In this document: one piece after another, positions 16,759 through 27,154 of the stretch
How positions within the stretch are numbered: position 1 is the stretch's first letter
How the letters are laid out: each line of letters opens with the position of its first letter
Assembly: GCA_047601445.1 (NCBI GenBank)
Contig: JASGJH010000001.1
Location: 4,096,001-4,160,000, forward strand
Length of the DNA stretch: 64,000 bases
Source of the DNA: Myxococcales bacterium
GTDB taxonomy: Bacteria > Myxococcota_A > Polyangia > Polyangiales > DASUME01
Reading direction: 5' to 3'
The notes under the pieces: model-generated
What the model saw: only the letters and a program-made list of their open reading frames with translations
Told to the model about the DNA's origin: nothing
Databases searched by the model: none
Translations under genes and position numbers: made by a program

Positions 16759-18849
16759 ATGTCCGCACGAAGCGCATTGGCTTGGCTCACGCTCTTGGTT
16801 GGTTGTACGGCGGCAGCCCCGCAGAGCGATGTCACCTCAGCCCCATCACCCAGCGCGCCAGGTGACGCGCCCGGGAGTACGCCGACGGGAGAAGCGTCGT
16901 CGAGCTCCGCGCGGGAAGAGGCCCCGAACCCCGACCCGATGTTCGTGGACGCCATTTTCCAGGCCAAGTCCGCGGTGGTCGTGAAGGATGGCCAGATGTT
17001 CGGCGACTGGGAGTGGGTCGAGGTACCTGGTTCCCAGTGTCGGGATGGGTCCACCGCCGGCTACTACATCAAGCGCAACAGTGCGTCCGACAATCTGATG
17101 ATCTTCCTGAACGGCGGCGGCGTCTGCTACGACGACTTCTTCTGCTCCATCAACCCGGCCAACGTGGACCAAAGTCTACCGGGCGAAAACCTGCTCGGCG
17201 CCATCGGCGATATCCTGACAAACAGCGTCGCTCCGGTGCGCCAGGTTCCGCCCGAGGCAGGCATCTTCTTGGATCGTCCCGAGAACCCCGTCGGCAAGTG
17301 GAACATGGTCTACGTGCCCTATTGCACGGGCGATGTGCATGCTGGCACCAAGCGCGACGCGCCCGTGTTCACGGCGTCGTTCGTGGGCAAGCAGCAGTTC
17401 GTGGGCTACGACAACCTGAGCTTGTTCCTGGAAGACTTCGGCGCTGCATTTCAGGGCGCAGAGAAGGTGCTGCTCACCGGATCGAGCGCCGGTGGCTTTG
17501 GCACCCTGCTCAACTTCGACCGCACCCAGCGCTTCTTCTCCGACAGCATGGTGTATGCGGTGAGCGACTCGGGCATCCCCTTCGGCGACGAGTTCCTCGA
17601 GCCGTGTCTGCAGAAGCGCTGGCGCGAGCTCTGGGGCCTCGACGCCGTCTTGCCGCGCGACTGCTCGGGTTGCTTCAACGCCGACGGCGGCGGCCTGGCC
17701 TCGGGACTCGGCCACTACATCTTCAAAGAGAAATACGCAGGCCGCATGTTGGGTGGGGGGATCTCCACCGAGCAGGACGAGATCATCAAGCTCTTCTTCA
17801 GCTCGGGCTTGCGCGAGTGCACCAACAGTGCCCTGCTCGAGACCATCCCACTCTTCCTCGGCTTGACTGGCTATCCTGCAGATCGCTACCCGGGCGGCCT
17901 GCGCGACTTCGTGCAGAACATCGCCGGACTCGACAGTGTGGGCAGCTACATCATGGCCGGCAGCAATCACCAGCACTTGTTCCGCGATCGCTTCTACAGC
18001 TCGAACGGCCTTGGAATCACGCTGGCCCACTGGCTGGCCAAGACCCTGGATGGCGAAGCGGTCCACGCGGGTGCGCTGCTCGATGCGGCGCCCGAGCCCA
18101 CTTTCGGATCCACGGGTCACAACGGTCCACTGAAGGTCGCCAGCTACACCAGCGGCTTCCGCGACGGCCCCGACTTCGCGGACGCGACCATCTGGTACCC
18201 CGATGGCGTGACGGGGCCCCTGGCGAGCGTGGCCGTGGTTCCAGGCTGGGTTTCGAGCCAAGGCGACGTGACCGATTGGGGGCCGTTCTTGGCCTCTCAC
18301 GGTTTTGCCGTGATCACCATCGGCACCAACAGCCCTGCCACGGATCTGCCGGCCGACCGTGAACGCGCGGTCATGGACGCGCTCGAGACGATGCGCGCCG
18401 AGAACAGCCGCTGGTTCGGTCCGCTGCAGAACAAGCTCGACCTGACGCGTCAGGCGGTGATCGGCTGGTCCATGGGAGGCGGCGCGAGCCTGCTGGCGGC
18501 AGCCGATCATCCCGAGCTCAAGGCGGCCGTCTCGCTGTGTGGCTGGAACCCTGGCCATTCCTACAACGACGTGACGGTTCCTTCCCTACTCTTTGCGGGC
18601 ACCCTCGATGCTCTTGCCGGCGGTCAGTCGCAGGGCTTCTACGAGAGCATCCCCAACGCTACGCCGCGCTTGCTCTACGAAGTTCAAGGCGGTGACCACT
18701 GGGTCGCGAATGACCCCGCACACGAAGAGGGACAAATTGGACGCCTCGCGCTGTCGTGGTTGAAGCTCTACGTCGATGGCGACGAGCGCTACCGCAAGTT
18801 CCTGCTCGAAGAGCCCTTCAACGCCGCCGACTTCCGGGTCGACCTGTAG
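16759..18849 (+). CDS. Lipoprotein with pectinacetylesterase-like domain fused to a cutinase/PETase-like alpha/beta hydrolase
   Basis: LLVGC lipobox; CRDGS, FLNGGG.C, VPYCTGDVH, GSSAGG; second domain VVPGW, LASHGF, GWSMGGG, GTLD, GGDH. Confidence 0.85.
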   Translation: MSARSALAWLTLLVGCTAAAPQSDVTSAPSPSAPGDAPGSTPTGEASSSSAREEAPNPDPMFVDAIFQAKSAVVVKDGQMFGDWEWVEVPGSQCRDGSTAGYYIKRNSASDNLMIFLNGGGVCYDDFFCSINPANVDQSLPGENLLGAIGDILTNSVAPVRQVPPEAGIFLDRPENPVGKWNMVYVPYCTGDVHAGTKRDAPVFTASFVGKQQFVGYDNLSLFLEDFGAAFQGAEKVLLTGSSAGGFGTLLNFDRTQRFFSDSMVYAVSDSGIPFGDEFLEPCLQKRWRELWGLDAVLPRDCSGCFNADGGGLASGLGHYIFKEKYAGRMLGGGISTEQDEIIKLFFSSGLRECTNSALLETIPLFLGLTGYPADRYPGGLRDFVQNIAGLDSVGSYIMAGSNHQHLFRDRFYSSNGLGITLAHWLAKTLDGEAVHAGALLDAAPEPTFGSTGHNGPLKVASYTSGFRDGPDFADATIWYPDGVTGPLASVAVVPGWVSSQGDVTDWGPFLASHGFAVITIGTNSPATDLPADRERAVMDALETMRAENSRWFGPLQNKLDLTRQAVIGWSMGGGASLLAAADHPELKAAVSLCGWNPGHSYNDVTVPSLLFAGTLDALAGGQSQGFYESIPNATPRLLYEVQGGDHWVANDPAHEEGQIGRLALSWLKLYVDGDERYRKFLLEEPFNAADFRVDL

Positions 18850-18857
18850 CGCTGACC

Positions 18858-19874
18858 TTACGGGCAGTGATCCACGGGCACCAGGTTGTCCACCGCGAGG
18901 ATGCCGCCCTTGTTGGCATCGGTGCTCGACGGCGCGAGCGAGAGATGAGCGACGTCCGCGGTCGGCACGAAGGTGGCGCAAAAGGTCTGCCACGTGGTCG
19001 TCGGCGTCGGAGACGCCCACAGCAGCTGATCTCGCCCGCAACGCGAGCTTCCGCCCCAGATCTCGAGGTGGTTCGTGCCCGAGACTTCGCCCTGCAGTAG
19101 CGGTGCGGCAACGTCGATCAAGAAGCTGTGGGAAGTGCCCGCTTTGAGCGGCGCGCACAGCGGCTCCGAAGCCCCCTGGGTCCCCACTCCACCGTTGGCC
19201 GAGGTGAGCAAGTAGGTCTTGCCGTCGGTCGGCGCGAGCTGTCCATCCATCCCGGGGTACGGCCGATCGGACCAGATGGTGTTGTTGTCGGTGGGAAAGC
19301 TGCCACAGCTCACCCACGGGCTCGCGCTGGACACCCCGTCGCCGAGCCAGCCTGGCGAGCTGCTTCCCGAAGGATCGCCCTCGATGGATGGATTCGTGAA
19401 ACACACGTTCCCGTCGCCCTTGGTTCCACCATCGGCCTCGCAGTCCAGCACCTCGGCCGTCACCATCGCAGTCGCAGTTTGCTGCTGCTGCGAGAACTCC
19501 TGCGACGAGGCGGGCGCATCCTTCACCGTCACCGAGTAGGCTGTCGTCGCCGTGGGGCAGAGGTGCCGCATGGGATTCGCCGAGCCGTCCTCCCAGGTGA
19601 ATGAGTAAGGTGCCACACCGCCCTTGGCGACCGCGACCACGTCGGCGCAATCTCCTGCGCAGGCGAGCGTGACGATATCGATGGTGACGTGGTCTCGCTC
19701 CACGTGAGCTTTCAGCTTGTCCTCTGGGTCTGCGCCGTCGGGGCCGTCGTCGTCCGCCCCCTGATTGTCATCGGGCGGGCCCCCGGGATCGTCGGTCCGG
19801 CCGACGGTCGCCTGGGTCGCAGAGCAGCCTGCAAGGGCGATGAGCGCCAAGAGAAGAGAGGGCCGGAGGTTCAT
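18858..19874 (-). CDS. Hypothetical lipoprotein (Cys-containing, carbohydrate-binding-like C-terminus)
   Basis: ALAGC lipobox, GGVAPYSFTW. Confidence 0.65.
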   Translation of the reverse strand: MNLRPSLLLALIALAGCSATQATVGRTDDPGGPPDDNQGADDDGPDGADPEDKLKAHVERDHVTIDIVTLACAGDCADVVAVAKGGVAPYSFTWEDGSANPMRHLCPTATTAYSVTVKDAPASSQEFSQQQQTATAMVTAEVLDCEADGGTKGDGNVCFTNPSIEGDPSGSSSPGWLGDGVSSASPWVSCGSFPTDNNTIWSDRPYPGMDGQLAPTDGKTYLLTSANGGVGTQGASEPLCAPLKAGTSHSFLIDVAAPLLQGEVSGTNHLEIWGGSSRCGRDQLLWASPTPTTTWQTFCATFVPTADVAHLSLAPSSTDANKGGILAVDNLVPVDHCP

Positions 19875-19930
19875 GCTCCCTTCATGCGGCGATCCGACCA
19901 GTCCTTGGCCATGGGGAAGGAATTTCTGGC

Positions 19931-20932
19931 TCAGGGATCTCGCGCGCAGCGGAAGCCGAGATGGTTCGTGGTGCTGTCAGGGGCGCCCTTGCCCCGCGCA
20001 CCGGGCATGTAACGGGAGCAGTACTGGTCGGTGCAGAGAAACGAGCCGCCCTTTTGTACCCGCTTGGCCACCCCGGGTTCTTCGGGGTCGTCGCTGTCAT
20101 TCGGACCTCCAGGGTCGGTGACTCGACCGTGGGCCGACACCACCGCGTAGTAGTCCGCACGGTACCAATCCGAAACCCACTCCCAAACGTTCCCCGACAT
20201 GTCGAACAGACCCAAGGCATTGGGAGGGAACGAGCCTACGGGCGCCGTGTGTCGATACCCGTCTTCTTCCGTATTGTGGGTGGGAAATCGCCCCTGGAAG
20301 GTGTTCGCCATCAACCTTCCTTCGGGTCGCGGCTCATGCCCCCAGGTGTAGGGCGCGCGCTCGAGACCACCCCGCGCTGCGAACTCCCACTCGGCTTCGG
20401 TGGGTAGCCGCTTGCGTGCCCAACGCGCGAAAGCCTGCGCGTCTTCATGGGCGATGTGCACCACCGGATGATTGCCGAGGCCACGCAAGTCGCTATCCGG
20501 CCCGCTCGGACGGCGCCAACTCGCTCCCTGCACATAGCGCCACCATGCGTAATGGGAGCCCAGATTCGTCGAGCTTCGAGGGGGCGTAAAGACGGACGAG
20601 CCTGCGACGAGGTTCTCCTTGGGAACCCCGGGATAGCGGTCCGCAGTGGGCATGCGCTCCGCCAGCGTGACGTACCCAGTCGCTCGGACGAAGCGTGCGA
20701 ACTGCTCGTTCGTGACCTCGGTGACGTCGATCCAGAATGGGCTGACCTTCACTTCGTGAATGGGCTGCGCGTCGCGCATGTGGCGCGACGGATTGCCCAT
20801 CGCGAACACACCGCCAGAAACGAACACCATCCCAGTTGGAGGGGTCAGCTCAGTTTGTGCACCGCGTCCGAACGCTGCCGCACTGCCAAAGACGATGGCA
20901 GCCAAGCACCCAAGCACGAGCCATCTTCGCAT
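19931..20932 (-). CDS. Formylglycine-generating enzyme (SUMF1 family)
   Basis: HPVVH, RLPTEAEWEFAARGG, GNVWEW, KGGSFLCTDQYCSRY, GFRC. Confidence 0.92.
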   Translation of the reverse strand: MRRWLVLGCLAAIVFGSAAAFGRGAQTELTPPTGMVFVSGGVFAMGNPSRHMRDAQPIHEVKVSPFWIDVTEVTNEQFARFVRATGYVTLAERMPTADRYPGVPKENLVAGSSVFTPPRSSTNLGSHYAWWRYVQGASWRRPSGPDSDLRGLGNHPVVHIAHEDAQAFARWARKRLPTEAEWEFAARGGLERAPYTWGHEPRPEGRLMANTFQGRFPTHNTEEDGYRHTAPVGSFPPNALGLFDMSGNVWEWVSDWYRADYYAVVSAHGRVTDPGGPNDSDDPEEPGVAKRVQKGGSFLCTDQYCSRYMPGARGKGAPDSTTNHLGFRCARDP

Positions 20933-21059
20933 ATCGCCTCACCTGGTCGTCGCCCCGGCAAGGCAATGCAAAAGCGAAGCCGGAAGAGGTGCAAAACCGT
21001 TCGAGCGCCCGTTGGTGGCTCCCTTCTTGCTGCCGGGTCCTGGCTAGAGGAGGTTCGAC

Positions 21060-22799
21060 ATGGGACGCACTTACTTCGCGCAGCCCCGCACGCTGTCCGC
21101 CTGCACGGCGGTCGCGCTTCAAGTCGTTCTGGGCTGCGCCGGACGCCCGGAATCAACCACCACGGCGGTCGCGCAGGCGGCGCCCCCAAAGCAGGCAGCG
21201 TCTCCAACCCAAGCTTCGCCCACGCCGGGGCCGAATCCGAGTCGAGCGCAGGGGTTCAAGGGGTTCGACCACCCGAACCAGTACATCACCGTGAAGCCGG
21301 TGGCGCCGGCCCCCAACATGGAGCCGATGATTCAACACCCGGAGCAGGAGCGCGAGGTGCGCGATCGACTGGCAGCGCTCGAGAAGAAGATCGGCAAGAA
21401 GCCCAACTTGCTCTTCTTCATGCTCGACGACGTGGGCTGGATGGACGTCGGCTTCAATGGCGGCGGCGCGAGCGTCGGCAACCCCACGCCGAACCTGGAC
21501 GCCACGGCATCCGAGGGCCTCATCCTCACGTCAGCCTACTCGCAGCCCTCCTGCTCTCCCACGCGCGCGACGATCATGACGGGCCAGTACCCCGTGCACC
21601 ACGGCATCTTGCGGCCGCCGATGTACGGCGAGAAAGGCGGTCTCGAGGGTTTTACCACCATCGCCAAAGTTCTTTCCGACCAGGGCTACACCACCCAAGC
21701 CATCGGCAAGTGGCACATCGGAGAGAATGAGAGTTCGCAGCCCCAGAACGTCGGCTTCGACGATTTCCGCGGCTTCCTCTCGGTCTCGGACATGTACACC
21801 GAATGGCGAGATCCGTCGGCCAATCCCGAGGTCGCGCTCAGCCCCGCTCGCACCAAGTTCATGGAGAAGCTCGGCTTCAACAAGAACGACGTGCACGCCA
21901 CACGCGGCGCCAAGGTCCAGAAGGTTCGCGAGATCACGCCGGACAACATTCCGAACCTCGACCAAGAATGGGCTGCCTACGGAGAGCAATTCCTGCGCAA
22001 GATGAAGGACAGCAAGAAGCCGTTCTTCCTCTACTACAACACGCGCGGCTGCCACTTCGACAACTACCCGAACGAGAAGTTCGCCGGACGCTCGCCCGCT
22101 CGCACGCCCTACAGCGATTGCATGGTGGAGGTCGACGACATCTTCGGTCGCTTGCGGAAGGCCCTCGAAGAGACCGGGCAGCTTGAAAACACCCTCATCG
22201 TCTTCACCTCGGACAACGGCCCGGAACAGGAGGTTCCGCCGTACGGACGCACCCCGTTCCGCGGTGGAAAGGGCTCCACCTGGGAGGGCGGCGTTCGCGT
22301 TCCGACGTTCGTCTACTGGAAGGGCATGATCACACCGCGCAAGTCGGAGGGCCTATTCGACATGACCGACGTGTTCCCGACCTTTGCCGCGCTGTCCGGC
22401 AAGCCCACCAAGGATGTCGGACGACTCGTTGGAGACAAGCAATACGTGGACGGTGTCGACCAGGCCTCCTTCCTGCTAGCGAATGACGGCGTCTCGAACC
22501 GCCGAAGCATTCTCTACTTCCTGGACGACAAGCTCTCGGCCACGCGCATCGATGAGCTCAAATACGTCGCTCTCGCGCAATCCCCCACGGCACTGACCAC
22601 CCGAGGAGAACAGGGAGGCTTCACGGGAGCCGTTGAAAAGACGGCTGGTGCACTGATCTTCAACCTCTATACCAATCCGCAAGAGGATGAGGCGGTCGGC
22701 ATTCGCCACATCCCCATGTCCCTGCCCCTGATGCAGGAGCTCGAGCGCTACGGCGAGGTACTGAAGAAGTTCCCGCCCAAGACGCAGATCGGATTCTGA
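21060..22799 (+). CDS. Arylsulfatase (Cys-type)
   Basis: [25 protein letters not shown]. Confidence 0.92.
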   Translation: MGRTYFAQPRTLSACTAVALQVVLGCAGRPESTTTAVAQAAPPKQAASPTQASPTPGPNPSRAQGFKGFDHPNQYITVKPVAPAPNMEPMIQHPEQEREVRDRLAALEKKIGKKPNLLFFMLDDVGWMDVGFNGGGASVGNPTPNLDATASEGLILTSAYSQPSCSPTRATIMTGQYPVHHGILRPPMYGEKGGLEGFTTIAKVLSDQGYTTQAIGKWHIGENESSQPQNVGFDDFRGFLSVSDMYTEWRDPSANPEVALSPARTKFMEKLGFNKNDVHATRGAKVQKVREITPDNIPNLDQEWAAYGEQFLRKMKDSKKPFFLYYNTRGCHFDNYPNEKFAGRSPARTPYSDCMVEVDDIFGRLRKALEETGQLENTLIVFTSDNGPEQEVPPYGRTPFRGGKGSTWEGGVRVPTFVYWKGMITPRKSEGLFDMTDVFPTFAALSGKPTKDVGRLVGDKQYVDGVDQASFLLANDGVSNRRSILYFLDDKLSATRIDELKYVALAQSPTALTTRGEQGGFTGAVEKTAGALIFNLYTNPQEDEAVGIRHIPMSLPLMQELERYGEVLKKFPPKTQIGF

Positions 22800-23134
22800 G
22801 AGGAAGATGAGCGGCCACGCTCACGCACGCCGTCGCTGTTCATGTCAAAGTCCAGGCCCACGTCTTCCACCGCGCTCACGACCCGAGTTGCCATCTGAGC
22901 TCGTTGGCCTGGACTTGGTCGGAAGACGTCGACTTCGACATGAACGGCGACGGCGTGCGTGAACGACAACACGTCACCTACCACGCAAACAGCCGCTCCA
23001 CTCCGCGCCGTCCCAAGAGCACTTCGCTCACACTTGTATGCATTCCATGAATGACACACCAGAATTCGTTTCATTGGAACAATAACGCTCACGAGCCTAT
23101 CGTCGTGCCGGTTGAGGGCGCCAGGGAGCACGAC

Positions 23135-23854
23135 ATGGGCAGCTTGCTTGTTCCAATCGATCAGGGTTTCGCAGAACACTTTGCCCACGAGTGGGTCGCC
23201 GCCTGGAACGCTCACGATCTCGACCGCATCTTCTCGCACTACGCGGACGACTTTGAGTTTTCCTCCCCATTGATCGCTCAGCGGGGCTTCTCGACGACCG
23301 GGACGCTTCGGGGCAAGCAGGCCATGCGTCCCTATTGGTCGGCGGGCTTGGCGTCGGCTCCGCAACTGCGCTTCGAGATCCGCGAGGTGTTCGCGGGCGC
23401 CGATTGCGTGTCCATTCAATATCACAGCGTCGGCCGAGGTCTGGTCAGCGAGATGTTCTTCTTCGATGAGCAGCGCCGAGTCGTGCGCGCAGCGGCGAGC
23501 TATGGACGGAAGATCGAGTCGCCCCCACAGCTGCAGCAAGCTTGCCATGCCTACCGCGTCGACTTCGACTCGCTGCCTTGGGAATCTCCGATGCCGGGAG
23601 TGCGCCACAAGGTGGTGTCGTGCGAAGCGAGCGCCCTTCGCCTCGTCGAGTATTCGCAGGAGATGCCCCCGCATGCATGCGAGCGGGGCCACGCCGGGCA
23701 GATCCTGTCTGGGCGATTGCAAGTCGAGATCTCGGGTCAACGGCTCCAGTTTGGTCCCGGCGATGGGTTGCTGATCCCGCCGGGTCCCGCCCATGCCCAT
23801 GTCGCGGCCGCGCTCACTCCCACCGTGCTGGCGCTCTTCGTCGAGAAGGCCTAG
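23135..23854 (+). CDS. SnoaL/NTF2-like domain fused to a cupin domain
   Basis: WVAAWNAHDLDRIFSHYADD; H.CERGHAG..LSG, GDGLLIP.G..HAH. Confidence 0.7.
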   Translation: MGSLLVPIDQGFAEHFAHEWVAAWNAHDLDRIFSHYADDFEFSSPLIAQRGFSTTGTLRGKQAMRPYWSAGLASAPQLRFEIREVFAGADCVSIQYHSVGRGLVSEMFFFDEQRRVVRAAASYGRKIESPPQLQQACHAYRVDFDSLPWESPMPGVRHKVVSCEASALRLVEYSQEMPPHACERGHAGQILSGRLQVEISGQRLQFGPGDGLLIPPGPAHAHVAAALTPTVLALFVEKA

Positions 23855-25587
23855 CGGCGGGCCCCACGCACGAACTCCGTGATCCTCACGGCGCGCTCTC
23901 GGGCCTCTTCGATCTCCTTCGGATCCTGGGTCTCGATCGCGGCACGCAGATGCGCGATGACAGCACCGAGTTCTGCGCGCTCCACGCCCGTGAGCTCCGC
24001 GTAGAGTGCATCGGCGCGCGCGAGGGCCGTGCGGTTCGGGAGCGCCTCGCGCGGGTGGAACTTGAGGCCCTTCATGGCCGCCCGAGCTTGCTCGATTTGC
24101 TTGGGGCTCAGCGCTCCCGGGCGCTGCTCGATCACCACCACGTGTTTCTTGTCGGAGTCGACGACCTGCATCTCCACCTCGAGAATGCCGTTCAGGTCAT
24201 AGGTGAAGCGCACTTCGACGCCGGCCTCACCCTTGGGCTTTCGCGGGAGATCCTTGACGGTGTATTCGCCGAGCTTGGTGTTGTCCTTACACAGCGAATG
24301 TTCGCCCTGGAAGACCTCCACCTGGATTTGCTTCTGGTTGTCCTCGATGGTGGCGAAACGCTCCGAGCGACTGACGGGAATGGTGGTGCCGCGCTCGATG
24401 ATCGGCGAGAAGATGCCCGCCACGTGACGCTGACCGAATTGGGTCGCGGTCGCGATGCCGAGGCTGAAGGGAGCCACGTCCGTGGCGATCAAGTCGTCCA
24501 CCGCTTGATCCCCCTGCTTGAGCGCAGCTTGCACGGCGGCACCCATGGCCACCGCCTCGTCGGCAGGCAACGTGCGATTCGGCACGCGTCCGAAGGTCTT
24601 CGCCACCATGTCCGCGACGCAGCCCATGCGCGTGGCGCCGCCCACCAGCAGCACCTCGTGCACCGCGGAGGGCAAGAGCGACGCGTCGCGCAGCGCTCGC
24701 GCGATGGGGCCACGCAGGCGCTCGATCAAGGGCTGCCAGATCTGCTCCGCGCGCGCCCGTGTGATGGTCAGCTCCACGTCCTGCGTACCTTGCTTGGTTG
24801 CGAGTCCCACGAGCGCCACGGTGGCCTCAGCAGCCAGTGAGAGGCGTCGCTTGGCGGCCTCGGCGGCCTCTCTCACGCGAGCCTTGAGGACCACATCCCT
24901 GGCCACATCGACGCCATGTCGCTCGAGAAGCTCCCGTTCAAACTCGAGCGCCAGCAGGTCGGCGAAGTCTTCGCCACCCAGGCGGGCGTCACCCGCGGAT
25001 GCTTGAACCTCGATCACACCCTCGATGATCTCGAGCACGGTGACGTCGAAGGTCCCGCCCCCCAGGTCGAGCACGATGGCGCGGATTTCCTGGTCGCGCG
25101 CGTGCAGCCCGTAGGCAAGAGCTGCAGCGGTGGGCTCGTTGATGATGCGCTCCACGTGCAAACCCGCGAGGTCACCCGCGACGCGAGTGGCCTGACGTTG
25201 CGCATCCCCGAAGTAGGCAGGAACCGTGACAATGGCTTCGCGAATCGGGCGACCGAGGGCCGCCTCTGCATCTCGCTTCAACTCCGCCAGCACCAGTGCG
25301 CTCAGCTGCTCGGGCCGAAAGCTGTGCTTGCCCAGGGTGTAGAGGCGGTCGGTCCCCATGTCGCGCTTGAACGCCAGGGCTGTGTGCTCGGGGTGCGTAG
25401 CGGCTCGCGCACGGGCGGCTGCCCCGACCAGCATGCGCCCGTCGTCATCCACGGAGACGGCGCTGGGCGTCAAGAGCTCTCCCACCGCGTTGGGCAGGAG
25501 CACAGGTTTGCCTGCTTGCAGCACGGCACACAGGGAGAACGTGGTCCCGAGGTCGATGCCAACGATCAAGTCGTTCGTGTCACTCAC
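23851..25587 (-). CDS. Hsp70 family chaperone, HscC-like
   Basis: GIDLGTT, TVPAYF, INEPTAAA, DLGGGTFD, VGGATR; C-terminal LKFHPRE typical of HscC. Confidence 0.9.
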   Translation of the reverse strand: MSDTNDLIVGIDLGTTFSLCAVLQAGKPVLLPNAVGELLTPSAVSVDDDGRMLVGAAARARAATHPEHTALAFKRDMGTDRLYTLGKHSFRPEQLSALVLAELKRDAEAALGRPIREAIVTVPAYFGDAQRQATRVAGDLAGLHVERIINEPTAAALAYGLHARDQEIRAIVLDLGGGTFDVTVLEIIEGVIEVQASAGDARLGGEDFADLLALEFERELLERHGVDVARDVVLKARVREAAEAAKRRLSLAAEATVALVGLATKQGTQDVELTITRARAEQIWQPLIERLRGPIARALRDASLLPSAVHEVLLVGGATRMGCVADMVAKTFGRVPNRTLPADEAVAMGAAVQAALKQGDQAVDDLIATDVAPFSLGIATATQFGQRHVAGIFSPIIERGTTIPVSRSERFATIEDNQKQIQVEVFQGEHSLCKDNTKLGEYTVKDLPRKPKGEAGVEVRFTYDLNGILEVEMQVVDSDKKHVVVIEQRPGALSPKQIEQARAAMKGLKFHPREALPNRTALARADALYAELTGVERAELGAVIAHLRAAIETQDPKEIEEARERAVRITEFVRGARR

Positions 25588-27008
25588 CGAGAACTACCTC
25601 CCACAGAGATCGACATTGGACAGCGTCCGTTCGTTTCCTTGAGCGCCAGCGCAAAGCCCAACCGCTGGTTCAAACTGGGCTGTGAGTACTTGCTTGCAAG
25701 CTCGTACTCTCGCGCGAGAGCCGAGAACGCAGCGCGCATCTCATCGCACTCCTCCGCGCGCGACCAACGCAAGGCTTCGTCGCACAGCGCCCCCTGCTCC
25801 TCGCAGAACGCCTTCTGAGGGGTATCTTTCTCGAGGACGGCGTGCTCGTCGAACTTGGGCTTGGCGGTGTCATTGACGCAGTGGTTGCACGTGAGGCGCA
25901 AGAAGTTGATCAAGACCAGCATGCCCCACGTCGGGCCTCCCCAGCTGCCGCGGTACCAGGGCTCGCGGACCGAGTCGTGGGTGCCGCGCAGGCCCTTCTC
26001 GTAGTAGGAGAAGAGCGTGGGCGCCTGGCGTTTGAGTAGGCGTGTGACTTCTTTTCTCGTGGCCTTGTCGGACTGATCGACGAGGTCCAGCAGCTGGCTC
26101 TCTGCGCGCTCCATCTCGCCACTGTCGATGGCCTTCGCGAGCACGCGTGCGAACGCGTCGGGGAGCTCGGGACGTACCGCGACGAGCTCCCGCAGCAAGG
26201 TCAGGCGTGCACCGTCGATGCCAGCTTCGCCGATATCCGTGCGGGCGGAAACCGCTCCGAACACCTGCAGCGCCAGCGCGACCTCGGAGGAACCGAGCAG
26301 CCCAGTGACGACTCGCGTCACCCACCACATCGGCGCACGCGGGCTGAGCGGGTCACCCTTTTCGCGCGCGAGCTCCGACAAGGCAAGTTGTGCTGCCGCC
26401 TTGGCATTCCCGCGCTCGAGCAGAATGCTGGCCATGCGAGCCCACTCGGGTTTGCCCTCGGAGATCTCGCGAAGGGAGGTCAGCTCGGCATCGGTCAGCT
26501 GGTCCGGCCATTGATCTCCGATGCGCAGCAGAAACTCGCGATGCCCACGACGCACAGCCTGGCGCGCCACCAGGAGCTGCTCATTCTCGGCGTCGCGTTC
26601 CTCGAGCGAGGCGAGCAAAAGGGAGTAGGCCTCCTCGGATTGCTCGCGCGCCACGGCCTCCCGAGCGATGCTCTCCTGAACCGCCGGGTCGGACTCGCTC
26701 CAGTAGCGCTCGCTCAACGAGGGCGGTGGATTGGCCAGGGGCTCCTCGAGTGTGACAGGGGCTTCACTCGCTTCCGGTGGAGTCGGCATCTCCATGGCCA
26801 ATGCGAGCGACGACCCGACCACCTCCGGGGCCGGCCCAGACCGTAGGCGCGGCTGCACCGTCTCATAGGCGGCACGCAAGCGCTTGAAGCTCTCTGGGTC
26901 GCGCTCGGGCGGATGCTGCTTGAGTAGACGCAGATAGGCGCGACGCGCCGTCGCGGCGTCGGTCGTGCGCTCGATACCAAGGAGCGAAAGAGCTTCGTCG
27001 AAGGTCAC
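25584..27008 (-). CDS. J-domain co-chaperone (DjlB/C-like) with C-terminal membrane segment
   Basis: LLGI..TTD...RRAYLRLLKQHPPERDPESFKRLRAAYE; coupled to the Hsp70 gene. Confidence 0.75.
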   Translation of the reverse strand: MTFDEALSLLGIERTTDAATARRAYLRLLKQHPPERDPESFKRLRAAYETVQPRLRSGPAPEVVGSSLALAMEMPTPPEASEAPVTLEEPLANPPPSLSERYWSESDPAVQESIAREAVAREQSEEAYSLLLASLEERDAENEQLLVARQAVRRGHREFLLRIGDQWPDQLTDAELTSLREISEGKPEWARMASILLERGNAKAAAQLALSELAREKGDPLSPRAPMWWVTRVVTGLLGSSEVALALQVFGAVSARTDIGEAGIDGARLTLLRELVAVRPELPDAFARVLAKAIDSGEMERAESQLLDLVDQSDKATRKEVTRLLKRQAPTLFSYYEKGLRGTHDSVREPWYRGSWGGPTWGMLVLINFLRLTCNHCVNDTAKPKFDEHAVLEKDTPQKAFCEEQGALCDEALRWSRAEECDEMRAAFSALAREYELASKYSQPSLNQRLGFALALKETNGRCPMSISVGGSSR

Positions 27009-27154
27009 AAGATCGCGCCGACTATACCCCAGGACCCGGGGTGAATCCGGGGTGAACGAGGGGAACGCTCAGCCCGGCAACTGTATTGAACGCCACATAG
27101 CGGTTGGAGCTCACCGCGCCGGTATGAAGCCATGATATTTAGGTTCGATACCAG

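Noticed and set aside
17013..18558. Long alternative ORFs (e.g. 17013-18362 +, 17176-18558 -, 55463-56836 +, 61387-62799 -)
   Set aside because: Shadow frames of real high-GC genes; Arg/Ala-rich with no motifs.
22800..23000. Protein-like minus-strand stretch (VEVDVFRP..VEDVGLDFD)
   Set aside because: No start or recognisable family; possibly a relic but unsupported.
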